Of a stretch of DNA of 64,000 nt, positions 9,119 through 17,935 are shown one piece after another. Position 1 is the stretch's first letter, and each line of letters starts with the position of its first letter. The notes below the pieces were generated by a model. The model saw nothing but the letters and a program-made list of their open reading frames with translations. It was not told where the DNA came from and did no database searches. The translations under genes were made by a program, and so were the position numbers. The stretch lies in sequence record MK327931.1. One strand, given 5' to 3'.

Positions 9119-9315
9119 TATTTTAACCTTTTTCTATCATTAATTAATGCTTTCAGTACTATACTAATAACTTGCAATGATTCATCAATGACTATAAAAT
9201 TATTTTCTTTCATTAGATGATAGTTACCATTGATATTATATTCTAACGAGTACTGTTTACGTTTAATTTTTGATAATGTTTCTATTTGTTTTTGTACTGA
9301 TTTCATGCTAATCAT
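9118..9315 (-). CDS. hypothetical basic protein (65 aa)
   Basis: ORF track; TAATG coupling. Confidence 0.7.
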   Translation of the reverse strand: MISMKSVQKQIETLSKIKRKQYSLEYNINGNYHLMKENNFIVIDESLQVISIVLKALINDRKRLK

Positions 9316-9384
9316 TGTTAAACGTCCTGTAACGCATTCTAACGAGATAAACGGTTTAGTACTGGCATTGTATAGGGTAATGAA

Positions 9385-9415
9385 TTAAAGCCCACCAGCG
9401 TTAACCAGTGGGCTA
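9385..9415 (-). terminator. intrinsic terminator-like hairpin containing a Chi site
   Basis: agcccac..gtgggct stem followed by T-run on minus strand; CCACCAGC at 9392. Confidence 0.6.
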
Positions 9416-9420
9416 TAATC

Positions 9421-9564
9421 TTACATCTTGCGGATAATCTTAACAGTATCTTTCACCGATTTACCGTCTTGCTGGCATTGCTCGATCATTGCGTATTGTT
9501 CTGCGGTCAGATCCTCGCCAGTTTTTGCCAGTACTGCGTCGATGAATGAATCCAGTGCGATCAT
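9421..9564 (-). CDS. small hypothetical protein (47 aa), paralogue of 13303-13455
   Basis: read by hand; GKSVKDTVKII vs GKTINETASII. Confidence 0.7.
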   Translation of the reverse strand: MIALDSFIDAVLAKTGEDLTAEQYAMIEQCQQDGKSVKDTVKIIRKM

Positions 9565-9663
9565 TTTATTTCTCTCTTAGGTTAAGTTAACTACTGTTTA
9601 TAAAACTTATTATACAGTACTATCAAACGTTGTCAATATATTTAATAGTACTGGTAATATATT

Positions 9664-9843
9664 TTAGCGGTAATCGTCGTATGCTTTATTCACCTGGCGA
9701 ATGTAACTTTCAAAGGCTTCGTCTACCGTTTCATACTCCCGAACATAATCACCATAGGAAACTACATACATACCTTTTTGATCTTCAAACGTCATGATGA
9801 TAGAATCCAGACCAACGATTTCAGTTTTTGCGATGATAGCCAT
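9664..9843 (-). CDS. small hypothetical protein (59 aa, MAIIAKTE)
   Basis: read by hand; AAGGA SD and promoter. Confidence 0.75.
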   Translation of the reverse strand: MAIIAKTEIVGLDSIIMTFEDQKGMYVVSYGDYVREYETVDEAFESYIRQVNKAYDDYR

Positions 9844-9936
9844 TTTTTTAATTCCTTAGTAGTGTAGTTGATAAAACTTATTATGCCAGTACTATCAATC
9901 ATTGTCAATAGCTTTGATAGTACTGTGATAATATTT

Positions 9937-10149
9937 TTAGTTAATGATAGTCAGTGTAAAATTGTAATCACCACAGCGATATAGCACGTTATTCCCAAAT
10001 GTTCCAACTAATCGCACATCACACAAAACGCCGGTTTTTTCTTTTACTTCCTTGATACTTGTAACTCCTGTAATATCTTTATTAAAGTATTCATGATCTG
10101 AAAATAAAACTTGTTTTGCATTTTTTAATTTCGACCGGATATTAGCCAT
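9937..10149 (-). CDS. hypothetical early protein (70 aa)
   Basis: GAGAG SD; promoter cassette. Confidence 0.8.
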   Translation of the reverse strand: MANIRSKLKNAKQVLFSDHEYFNKDITGVTSIKEVKEKTGVLCDVRLVGTFGNNVLYRCGDYNFTLTIIN

Positions 10150-10244
10150 TTTGTTTTCTCTCTGTTAGTGGGGAGAAGTTTTTCTCCCCTTGATGTAAAC
10201 TATTATACAGTACTATAATCTATTGTCAAACTATTTTTTTTATA

Positions 10245-10586
10245 TTATTCGAAATCTTCTGGACCGGACTGATAATCATCTTCACCGTATGCACTTTCTA
10301 ACTTCTCGCCAGTGTGGTCATCAGTTAGTGAGTCATCCTCATAGTTCACGTCTACGCCAGTGATGTAAAACTGGCTATCGTCTGGATCATTGAAATTAAT
10401 TTTCTGTATGTTTACAATAACTGTATTGATGCCCAGGACACCGCCATCAGCCGTTACAAAGTACTGATATTTTTCACAACCGCCTGAATTGAAACCGTAA
10501 TTAATTTCGGCCCGACCATCATTTAAACGCAGTGCCTGAGCGATGATTTCATTTTCAAAGTTAGATTGAGCAATTGAGATAGTCAT
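10245..10586 (-). CDS. acidic conserved phage hypothetical protein (113 aa)
   Basis: DGGVL...NYED..L.DH....ESAYGE pattern; promoter cassette. Confidence 0.8.
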   Translation of the reverse strand: MTISIAQSNFENEIIAQALRLNDGRAEINYGFNSGGCEKYQYFVTADGGVLGINTVIVNIQKINFNDPDDSQFYITGVDVNYEDDSLTDDHTGEKLESAYGEDDYQSGPEDFE

Positions 10587-10707
10587 GATTTGTTTCCTTA
10601 TTACCAGGGGAAACCGTTTCCCCTTTCGATGTAAAACATTATACGCTTATTGAGATAGTTTGCAAGTACTTTTTAAAAATAGTTTTCAGTACTCAAACAT
10701 TATACAA

Positions 10708-10797
10708 TAGATACACTCCTGCACCCTGTGGGCTAGTGAGCTATCTCTCAATGAATATATAATAGCAAAATGGCTGACCGAAGTCAACCACTTTTTT
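10708..10797 (-). ncRNA. two-hairpin RNA module, family A copy 4
   Basis: TTGACT-17-TATTAT; TGAG-AGATAG-CTCA; GCCCACAGGGTGCA-GGAG-TGTATCT. Confidence 0.6.
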
Positions 10798-10934
10798 CAT
10801 TTATTTTTAGCTTTTAGAATCGCCGCCTTTCGTGTCATTCCTTGTTTGATGTACTCCTTTACTTTCGCTTTTTTAGCGTTTACCTTGTCTGCTTTCGTTT
10901 TAGGAGTACTGTAAATTATACCGTTAGGATTCAT
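10797..10934 (-). CDS. small very basic protein (45 aa)
   Basis: read by hand; MNPNGIIYSTPKTKADKVNAKKAK... Confidence 0.65.
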   Translation of the reverse strand: MNPNGIIYSTPKTKADKVNAKKAKVKEYIKQGMTRKAAILKAKNK

Positions 10935-11024
10935 TTAAATCACCATAAAGAATAGATAGGTTACTAACAACGCCGCGATCAATGCACCGACCAGGGCCGA
11001 ACTATAGTAAGCTAATGTTTTCAT
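10935..11024 (-). CDS. small hydrophobic peptide (29 aa)
   Basis: read by hand; coupled to neighbours. Confidence 0.55.
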   Translation of the reverse strand: MKTLAYYSSALVGALIAALLVTYLFFMVI

Positions 11025-11173
11025 TTTTTAGCCTGAAAATAATGTTTAATTTGTGCGGCGGTCAATGCACAATTACGCAGGAAGTTTTCTGTATAACTGC
11101 GGCGAGTACTGAAAGAGAATTGACCTTTGCCGTTGCCGATAGTAACATCAAACCGAGCGTTGTATTGTTTCAT
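11021..11173 (-). CDS. small hypothetical protein (50 aa, MKQYNARF)
   Basis: read by hand; AAGGAG SD; promoter cassette. Confidence 0.75.
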   Translation of the reverse strand: MKQYNARFDVTIGNGKGQFSFSTRRSYTENFLRNCALTAAQIKHYFQAKK

Positions 11174-11257
11174 TTTGATTCTCCTTGTATCAGGGGAGAA
11201 CCATTTCCCCCCCCTCTATGTAAACAATTATACAGTACTGGAAACTAATTGCAAGTA

Positions 11258-11404
11258 CTATTTTTTAGATTTACGCAAACTTTCTACCATCTCAGGAGTA
11301 AGGCCCGGCGGGTAGGAAACCACTTCATCCACAAAACGCAAAGGGAATACCCCAGCGAAAGGTGAACGTGCTTTCTTGTTAGTACTCTTTTTTGATGCTT
11401 TCAT
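11258..11404 (-). CDS. small basic protein (48 aa)
   Basis: read by hand; AAGGA SD; promoter cassette. Confidence 0.65.
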   Translation of the reverse strand: MKASKKSTNKKARSPFAGVFPLRFVDEVVSYPPGLTPEMVESLRKSKK

Positions 11405-11473
11405 TTCATATTCCTTAATTAGTGGGGAGAATCATTTCTCCCCTTCATGTAAAACATTATACAGTACTGAAAA

Positions 11474-11683
11474 CTAATTGCAAGTACTATTTGAAAGTAA
11501 ATGCTCATACGCTGCATTAACTACGTTTTCAATAACCGACTGTACAGAAAGATCCCCCACGTCCCGGCTATAGTAGAAATCGCTTACAGTGGTGTCATCG
11601 TATGCAAATACTTTACCAGGTACGGCATCAATCACATACATATTAACCTTTAAGATGTCGATCTTATCCTGTACAGTAAGCAT
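11474..11683 (-). CDS. hypothetical early protein (69 aa)
   Basis: ORF track; AAGG SD. Confidence 0.75.
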   Translation of the reverse strand: MLTVQDKIDILKVNMYVIDAVPGKVFAYDDTTVSDFYYSRDVGDLSVQSVIENVVNAAYEHLLSNSTCN

Positions 11684-11688
11684 ATTAA

Positions 11689-11961
11689 TTAACCTTTTAA
11701 GTACTGGCTTAAGTAGTCTTGTTGATCTTCGGTGATTGCAGCCATCTTCCCTAGTACTGGATTGATGATATAATCCCCTGTAACGTCCTGTAACGCATTC
11801 TCAGGCGGTTTAACGGCTGGGGTAGCCATAGCCATTGCCTGGACTTGTTCGACGCTGTAACGCTCATAAAGGCGGCATTCTTCCGGTGTTAACATAGCAT
11901 CAGTACGCTTCATCGGTTTAATGATGCTTTCGATCTCATTCAGTACTTGATTAACGTTCAT
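11689..11961 (-). CDS. hypothetical early protein (90 aa)
   Basis: ORF track; GGGA SD. Confidence 0.75.
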   Translation of the reverse strand: MNVNQVLNEIESIIKPMKRTDAMLTPEECRLYERYSVEQVQAMAMATPAVKPPENALQDVTGDYIINPVLGKMAAITEDQQDYLSQYLKG

Positions 11962-12012
11962 GGTATAATCCCCAATATAAGCGGCCTGAATCGACCGCTA
12001 ACGATGTTTTGA

Positions 12013-12282
12013 TTAATAGGTGTATGGTTGACGTTCAAACAATGATTGCACGTTGTACGCCCCACTAATGGGCTTTGCTGGTAAATCAATTTTATATTGT
12101 TCACGCTTAAAGATAATAAAACGGCAATTGTTTTTTACATCAAAATTGATTGAACGTTCCAGGAGTTTTCCATCGTGTACAAATACAAGATAACCGCTTG
12201 CTACTTGTTTTGTAGTACTGGTTGCAACCATAGACCGACGAACATGCGTACCTGCATCGATTAAAGTACTGATATTTTTCAT
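12013..12282 (-). CDS. hypothetical early protein (89 aa)
   Basis: GAGGA SD; own promoter. Confidence 0.8.
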   Translation of the reverse strand: MKNISTLIDAGTHVRRSMVATSTTKQVASGYLVFVHDGKLLERSINFDVKNNCRFIIFKREQYKIDLPAKPISGAYNVQSLFERQPYTY

Positions 12283-12362
12283 TATACGATCCTCTTAAGT
12301 TAATTTAATTTCTTTCCCCTATGCAGACACTATATCAAAGTATCTGCATAAAGTAAAGCTAA

Positions 12363-12686
12363 TTAAAGATCTTTTTTGCGTTTAACATTCTGTACAGTAC
12401 AATGCAACGGGATATTAAGATCATTGCACACACGAGTAAGGGAGGTTTCATCAGTATTAAGCCCGTCTACTGATTCCTTTAAGAGAGATAACGCCGTTTG
12501 TTGATATGCATCTTCATAGCCATAAGTAAATGATTCAACCGCCAGATCATTCAAACCGTTATCCAGTTCAACGCTTACATGACAAGAATGATAAGTATTG
12601 CCATATGAATCAGTCCAACGTTTACCGTCAACATTGATTGCACGGATTGCAGCCAGGGAAACGGTGTTAATGATAGTTTTAGCCAT
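12363..12686 (-). CDS. hypothetical early protein, paralogue of 6245-6568
   Basis: shared RWTD..GNTYHSC motif. Confidence 0.85.
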   Translation of the reverse strand: MAKTIINTVSLAAIRAINVDGKRWTDSYGNTYHSCHVSVELDNGLNDLAVESFTYGYEDAYQQTALSLLKESVDGLNTDETSLTRVCNDLNIPLHCTVQNVKRKKDL

Positions 12687-12775
12687 TTTTGTATTCCTTA
12701 AATTAATATGTTGTCTTGATAAAATCTATTATGCCAGTACTATCAAACTATGTCAATAGTACTGTGATAATATTT

Positions 12776-12919
12776 TTACTTACTTTTTGCTTTCTTTGCT
12801 GCTTCCACCTGGTCGGCCCATTCTTTACCCCATACTTGTAAATTATAATGGTACTGGCAAAGAGCAACGCCCCGCTTTAAACCCGTAATAGATTTCTGAC
12901 CACATTGACAAGTTTTCAT
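12776..12919 (-). CDS. small putative Zn-binding protein (47 aa; CxC...CxxH)
   Basis: read by hand; AAGGA SD; promoter cassette. Confidence 0.7.
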   Translation of the reverse strand: MKTCQCGQKSITGLKRGVALCQYHYNLQVWGKEWADQVEAAKKAKSK

Positions 12920-13005
12920 TTTAGTTTCCTTGTAGTGGGGAGAACCATTTCTCCCCTTGATGTAATGTATTATACTTTATTCGATTTACTTTGCAAGTAC
13001 TTTTT

Positions 13006-13233
13006 TTAATTTAATTCATCCAGGCAAAGGATACGCTCAACGCCCAAATCAGTTAAACTAATCGACGGCACTTGATAGGTTTCAATGTATGCTACACTTG
13101 CCCACTGACCGAACTCATTAACGGCCCAGGTATTCATTGCATTTTGCAATTCCGCACCTTCCTTGTTGGTAATTACAGCAACAGTAGAAGAATTACCAGT
13201 AGTACCAGATACGCGAGTGATTACGATAGCCAT
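13006..13233 (-). CDS. hypothetical early protein (75 aa)
   Basis: AGGA SD; own promoter. Confidence 0.8.
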   Translation of the reverse strand: MAIVITRVSGTTGNSSTVAVITNKEGAELQNAMNTWAVNEFGQWASVAYIETYQVPSISLTDLGVERILCLDELN

Positions 13234-13302
13234 TTTTTAATTCCTATTCAGTAGTTGATGTATGTATTATGTCAGTACTTAAAACTATTGTCAAACTATT
13301 TT

Positions 13303-13455
13303 TTAAAGTTTATCAATGATTGATGCCGTTTCATTGATAGTCTTGCCGTGTTTTGCACACGCGATAACTGCTTTAAATTCCTTTGATGACCAATCTTTCT
13401 TGCTGCATACTGACATTACTTGTAAAGTAAAACAATCCAGTTCATAAGTATTCAT
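13303..13455 (-). CDS. small hypothetical protein (50 aa), paralogue of 9421-9564
   Basis: read by hand; GAGGA SD. Confidence 0.7.
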   Translation of the reverse strand: MNTYELDCFTLQVMSVCSKKDWSSKEFKAVIACAKHGKTINETASIIDKL

Positions 13456-13669
13456 CTTTAAATCCTCAGTTAGTTAAGGTGTCTCGCCTTGATGTAATTA
13501 ATTATACGCTAATCTCTTAATCGTGCAAGTACTTTTTATTACTTTTTGCAAAATACTTTAAACGCTCTCAATCGCATTCTAACGACCTTAACTCCACCAG
13601 CTAGGGCGATGTATCAGATAATCAGTTTAATGCGTTAGGCGGTGCTAGTGGACTGGAATACTATAGACA

Positions 13670-13711
13670 CAAAAAAGCCCACTGTTTAAGGTGGGCTAGT
13701 GATTCAGTACT
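13670..13711 (-). terminator. intrinsic terminator, identical to 14406-14447
   Basis: agcccac-cttaaaca-gtgggct plus T6 on minus strand; 42-bp exact duplicate. Confidence 0.85.
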
Positions 13712-13718
13712 TTAATTT

Positions 13719-14201
13719 TTATGCTTCAACTTTGCGATGAGCTTCGATCCATTCCTCGCGAGTCATACCGCTTTCTTTGATAGCGTCCAGTACTACCGCA
13801 ATGCAGTTACCGCGTACAGGAATCAAATGTTCTTCCCCGTTATCAAGTACTACCGCTACACGTTCCTGAATCCATTTTTTAGGCTTAGATTCCGGCTTAT
13901 CTTCACCATACTTAACCGCCAGGGCTTTATGTGCCATTTCCACAACCACTTCCAGATCCAATCCAGACACTGCCGCCTGAATACTTTCAATTGTTGCTTG
14001 TAGTTCTGCTTCACGGGCTTTTTTCTGTTCTTCCAGTTCTGCTACCTTTTTGGCTTGCAGTTCTTTCGCAGTACTGTACGCAATGTTAAAATTGTTGCGT
14101 ACCGCTTTCATGGTATCGCTATCCAGTTCAGCCAGGATTTCTGCCGCTACGTTAGTTTCATTTGCTACCAGTGCTTTGATGAATGATTTTACATTAGCCA
14201 T
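13719..14201 (-). CDS. H-NS/StpA-like protein (160 aa) with divergent DNA-binding loop
   Basis: coiled coil plus GLDLEVVV; C-terminal VLDNGEEHLIPVRGNCIAVVLDAIKESGMTREEWI aligns by eye to H-NS [35 protein letters not shown]. Confidence 0.6.
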   Translation of the reverse strand: MANVKSFIKALVANETNVAAEILAELDSDTMKAVRNNFNIAYSTAKELQAKKVAELEEQKKAREAELQATIESIQAAVSGLDLEVVVEMAHKALAVKYGEDKPESKPKKWIQERVAVVLDNGEEHLIPVRGNCIAVVLDAIKESGMTREEWIEAHRKVEA

Positions 14202-14263
14202 TTTATAAATCCTCAATTAAAGTTTAGTTTACGTTAGATAGTGTATCAAAGTTTTCTCGACGT

Positions 14264-14352
14264 GTCCAGTTTTTCGTTCGACTTACTGGCGGTCTACTTA
14301 GTGCTCCCCGTCTTGATGTAATACATTCTACGCTTTTCTGTGGTAATGTCAA
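14264..14352 (-). promoter_or_regulatory. sigma70 promoter and structured 5' leader (family B RNA motif) of the H-NS-like gene
   Basis: TTGACA-17-TAGAAT; ACATCAAGACGGGGA..TAAGTAG..CCAGT-AAGTCGAACGAAAA-ACTGG. Confidence 0.65.
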
Positions 14353-14405
14353 CTACTTTTTTAAAACTATTTTTAAAGTATCTCAGTACTACGATACTAC
14401 AAAAA

Positions 14406-14447
14406 CAAAAAAGCCCACTGTTTAAGGTGGGCTAGTGATTCAGTACT
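14406..14447 (-). terminator. intrinsic terminator, identical to 13670-13711
   Basis: exact 42-bp duplicate. Confidence 0.85.
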
Positions 14448-14450
14448 AGA

Positions 14451-14750
14451 TTATAAACAGTTAATTACTCCGGTGTGCGTTACTTTCTCAGTATCCATAA
14501 CCGTGACCGATCCACGCTTAGTACTGGCATCATAATAAATTGTGGTGCTACCGTTTTCGTCTTCTTCATGGAACGGGCCGTTTTTAAATGCTTCCGGCTG
14601 GATCTCTAAATCCTTTAATACAATCTCGCCAGTTCTTTCATCGGTCATTGCAACAGTGCACTGAATGAATTTTTCATTACTTACATCTAATGACGCATTA
14701 ACAGCGAAAGAGGAAACAGATAAAGCCAGGGCGATGATTGCAATTTTCAT
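14451..14750 (-). CDS. putative exported protein (99 aa)
   Basis: signal peptide MKIAIIALALSVSSFAVNA. Confidence 0.8.
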   Translation of the reverse strand: MKIAIIALALSVSSFAVNASLDVSNEKFIQCTVAMTDERTGEIVLKDLEIQPEAFKNGPFHEEDENGSTTIYYDASTKRGSVTVMDTEKVTHTGVINCL

Positions 14751-14834
14751 TTGATTATCCTTAGTTACCAGGGGGAACCGCTCCCCCTTGCTATGTAAAA
14801 TATTATACAGTACTAAAAACTAATTGCAAGTACT

Positions 14835-15071
14835 TTATGATTTTTTATAAAACATTTCGGCAGTGATATTTTTACCCGTTGGCTGTACTTTATCCAGAAT
14901 TTTTTGATGCCCTGGCCGTCCAAATGAATATGATCCGTAAACCGTAAACCAGTAGTTACCCTCAGTGTTTACATGTACAGCACAATAGGGAACGCCCCGC
15001 GATTCATCACTAGTAAAGTGTGCTACCGTTCCCGTTACATTCGAAGTCGTTGATTTGATTTGTTCAAGCAT
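14835..15071 (-). CDS. hypothetical early protein (78 aa)
   Basis: AAGGA SD; promoter cassette. Confidence 0.8.
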   Translation of the reverse strand: MLEQIKSTTSNVTGTVAHFTSDESRGVPYCAVHVNTEGNYWFTVYGSYSFGRPGHQKILDKVQPTGKNITAEMFYKKS

Positions 15072-15178
15072 TTTCTTATTCCTTAGTTACCAGGGGAACC
15101 GCTCCCCTATGCAAAACATTATACGCGTTTAAAAACTAATAGCAAGTATTTTAATAAAAAGTATTTGGAAAATAATTG

Positions 15179-15260
15179 TTGACAAGTGCATCCAGTACTG
15201 GCATAATTACTACATCAAGACGAAACAGTCACTAACCCACCGGGTGCATAGATCCGTCTA
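15179..15260 (+). ncRNA. two-hairpin RNA module, family A copy 5 (plus strand)
   Basis: TTGACA-17-CATAAT; GAC-GAAACA-GTC; CCCACCGGGTGCA-TAGA-TCCGTCT; no ORF downstream. Confidence 0.55.
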
Positions 15261-15313
15261 TTAAATGATTCAGTACTGAAAAAGTAACGGGGAGTTATTA
15301 TCTCCCCGCGTTG

Positions 15314-15535
15314 TTATTTTGTAAGGTATAAACAGAAGTCACCTTTATTTGCTACGCCGCCAGTGTAACGCGATGAATAGTTAGAAATATCTTGTACTTC
15401 TGCTATTACCAGTGTATCATCATTCATTTCGTCGCAGAAGCAAACGGCTGGATCTTTTACGCCGATATTGTCGGCATGTTCCCGCATAGATTTAACCAGT
15501 GCTTCCAGTTGAGAAAGAGTAGTGATATTAGCCAT
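15314..15535 (-). CDS. hypothetical early protein (73 aa)
   Basis: start moved to ATG after GAGGA. Confidence 0.8.
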   Translation of the reverse strand: MANITTLSQLEALVKSMREHADNIGVKDPAVCFCDEMNDDTLVIAEVQDISNYSSRYTGGVANKGDFCLYLTK

Positions 15536-15621
15536 TGTATTTTCCTCATTACCAGGGAGAACCATTTCTCCCCTCTATGTAAACTATTATACAGTACTGA
15601 AAACTAATTGCAAGTACTTTT

Positions 15622-15825
15622 TTAATTTAATTGCTTTAAAACATACTCAAAGACACCACGCACATCATTGATCATCGCCTGGCGGTTAGCAGGTAACGCA
15701 TCAGGATCGCCACTATCCCAGGCATTGATAAAACTCCCCAAATCATGATAGATTTTATTCTGTAAGCCGATTAACTGTAATTCTTTTTCTTCAAGCTCTT
15801 TGATGCGGTCGATTAAATCACTCAT
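15622..15825 (-). CDS. hypothetical early protein (67 aa)
   Basis: start moved to ATG after ACTGAGGATTATCTA, the same leader as the upstream gene. Confidence 0.75.
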   Translation of the reverse strand: MSDLIDRIKELEEKELQLIGLQNKIYHDLGSFINAWDSGDPDALPANRQAMINDVRGVFEYVLKQLN

Positions 15826-15842
15826 TAGATAATCCTCAGTAC

Positions 15843-16127
15843 TTAACTGTAAGATCCGCAACGGTCGCAGTAGTGCCCGTCCTCGTCATCGTCAACGAAT
15901 TGACCGACGAAATGATCTACTTTCGCTTTCAGGTTATTATAATCGTTTTCTACTTCATTTAAACGCTTCTGGTAGTATTCCAGTGCTTTAAGATATGCCG
16001 CATCAGCAGTTTTCTCCTGCATAGCTAAATTCATGCCACGCGTTTCATCGTACAGCCAAAAACCATCGGTGCACTGGCTAATAGATAATGACTTGCTTAG
16101 TACTGTATAGTTAATTACTTTACCCAT
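15843..16127 (-). CDS. hypothetical protein, coiled coil plus C-terminal CxxC (94 aa)
   Basis: GAGGA SD; YCDRCG end. Confidence 0.8.
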   Translation of the reverse strand: MGKVINYTVLSKSLSISQCTDGFWLYDETRGMNLAMQEKTADAAYLKALEYYQKRLNEVENDYNNLKAKVDHFVGQFVDDDEDGHYCDRCGSYS

Positions 16128-16219
16128 TAGATAATCCTCAGTAAAGGCGGGAACTATTCCCCGCCTCGATATAAAGTATTATACGTTAATCTAACTACAA
16201 TGCAAGTACTTTTTAAATT

Positions 16220-16486
16220 TTATAATCCTTTTACTGCATCAGGTGCGACTACTCCATCAATGTATTGAACATCGTTTTCAACTTCACGGGCGGCATCATT
16301 CAGCAGATCAAAATTAAATTCCATTTCTTCCAGATCATCGAAATCAGGCTCATAACCATTAATTGTTGAATAAGTCCAAGTACCTTTTTCATAAGTTACG
16401 ACACTTACATCAGGGAAGAAATCTTGCACATGATCCATCGCATCCCGAACCAATTGATGTGCAGTTGTGATATTTAAAGTTTTCAT
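16220..16486 (-). CDS. hypothetical acidic early protein (88 aa)
   Basis: promoter cassette; D/E rich. Confidence 0.8.
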   Translation of the reverse strand: MKTLNITTAHQLVRDAMDHVQDFFPDVSVVTYEKGTWTYSTINGYEPDFDDLEEMEFNFDLLNDAAREVENDVQYIDGVVAPDAVKGL

Positions 16487-16579
16487 TTTGTTGCCCTTTT
16501 AGTGTGAGCGGGGAACCACTCCCCGCCTCGATGTAAAGTATTATACGCTTTTAAACTTAGTTTGCAAGTACTTTTTAAA

Positions 16580-17191
16580 TTAATATGCGATTGATTCTAC
16601 TACGTCATCAATAACATTGAATTGATATTCGTTACCCTCAATCAGTGCCGTAATGTTTTCAGTAGTGAATTGATCCTCATATGCATTCTCTAAATCACGG
16701 TACAACTTGCGGGATAATTCACGAATAGTTTCAGTGAGTAGTTCCTCAAGCTCATTAACTAACGTTTCTTGTTTTGCGGTTAAATCAGTGTAAGCCGATT
16801 CAATGTACCCGCTTACAGTATTCTCATGCGAGTAGTGGGAGTGAGAACGCTTTACACTCATCGCCAAATCATCTTCATTCAGCAGGTGACGGATTGAGCG
16901 ATACTTAGTTAATGCTCTTACCTTGCGTAAAAACTTCACTGCGTCAACGTGGTCAGTACTGATTGATGCACCGTCACCCTGGGACCAAAAACCACTGAAT
17001 TGTATTTCAGCTTCATTAATGCCATATTCCGGTAGTACTGTTTCTTTATAGTATTCAATTTCACTTTCAGAAAAATAATTGTCGTTTGAGTTTTTTTCAC
17101 GTTCCCGAACCAGTTCGATAGCTGACGTTTTTTGTTCTGCGTTCAATTCAGAAAAATCCATAACGAAAGTAGTAGTAGTGATAGTTTTCAT
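16580..17191 (-). CDS. conserved phage hypothetical acidic protein (203 aa; FSGFWSQGDGA motif)
   Basis: ORF track; GAGG SD; own promoter. Confidence 0.85.
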   Translation of the reverse strand: MKTITTTTFVMDFSELNAEQKTSAIELVREREKNSNDNYFSESEIEYYKETVLPEYGINEAEIQFSGFWSQGDGASISTDHVDAVKFLRKVRALTKYRSIRHLLNEDDLAMSVKRSHSHYSHENTVSGYIESAYTDLTAKQETLVNELEELLTETIRELSRKLYRDLENAYEDQFTTENITALIEGNEYQFNVIDDVVESIAY

Positions 17192-17259
17192 TTTGTAACC
17201 CTCATTCAGTAGTTGATGTAAGTATTATACGCTTTTAAAAACATTTGTCAAACTATTTT

Positions 17260-17369
17260 ATCAGGGGAGTTTTTCGTGTGCCTTACTCCTGGGCTACTTA
17301 ACGGGAAGTTACTTATTTCGTTCCCCGTCCTGATGTAAAACATTATACGCCTTTAAACATAGTTTGCAA
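17260..17369 (-). ncRNA. promoter-driven 75-nt structured RNA, family B copy 2
   Basis: near-identical to 7272-7346; TAAC/GTTA stem with variable loop; GGAGT-AAGGCACACGAAAA-ACTCC. Confidence 0.6.
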
Positions 17370-17414
17370 GTACTTTTTAAAAATAGTTTTCAGTACTGAA
17401 TATTTAAAAAAGTA

Positions 17415-17488
17415 TTGACAGCATTATCAAGTACTGGCATAATATACCCCATGACAACAGCTAACCCACCGGGTGCACAATTGTAACT
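17415..17488 (+). ncRNA. two-hairpin RNA module, family A copy 6 (plus strand)
   Basis: TTGACA-17-CATAAT; CCCACCGGGTGCA-CAAT-TGTAACT. Confidence 0.55.
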
Positions 17489-17508
17489 ATACTAAACTAC
17501 TTTTTCTA

Positions 17509-17587
17509 TAGATACACTCCCGCACCCTATGGGCTACGGCTTATCTGCCAATGAATACATTATGCCAGTACTGACAAAATAAGTCAA
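17509..17587 (-). ncRNA. two-hairpin RNA module, family A copy 7, convergent with copy 6
   Basis: TTGACT-17-CATAAT; GGC-AGATAA-GCC; GCCCATAGGGTGCG-GGAG-TGTATCT. Confidence 0.6.
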
Positions 17588-17617
17588 TACCGGCAATTGT
17601 AAAGATTTGTAAACTGC

Positions 17618-17848
17618 TTATACTGCAATCGCGTCCAGGCTATAATAATAATAAGTGCCGTATTGGTGTACTTTATTACCTTTTATTTCAGTACTGAATG
17701 AATCCGAACGGTTTGCATATGATGTTAATTTAAAGTACTTTGATTTGCTGATACGTTGCCATACACCGCAGATCCGCTGTAAGTAAGTAGTTTTATTCGT
17801 GGTAGTATCTTTTACAGTTTTAACTTCAGTCATATACATATTAGTCAT
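17618..17848 (-). CDS. hypothetical early protein (76 aa)
   Basis: GGAG SD; promoter cassette. Confidence 0.8.
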   Translation of the reverse strand: MTNMYMTEVKTVKDTTTNKTTYLQRICGVWQRISKSKYFKLTSYANRSDSFSTEIKGNKVHQYGTYYYYSLDAIAV

Positions 17849-17935
17849 TTTTATTACTCCAGGTTATAGGCGGGAAGAGTTCCCGCTCTCGATGTAAAAC
17901 ATTATACGCCATTAAACATAGTTTGCAAGTACTTT

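Noticed and set aside
6927-17191. Calling acidic early proteins (6927, 10245, 16220, 16580) Ocr/Arn-type DNA mimics
   Set aside because: Acidity alone is insufficient; no recognisable alignment to Ocr, ArdA or Arn.
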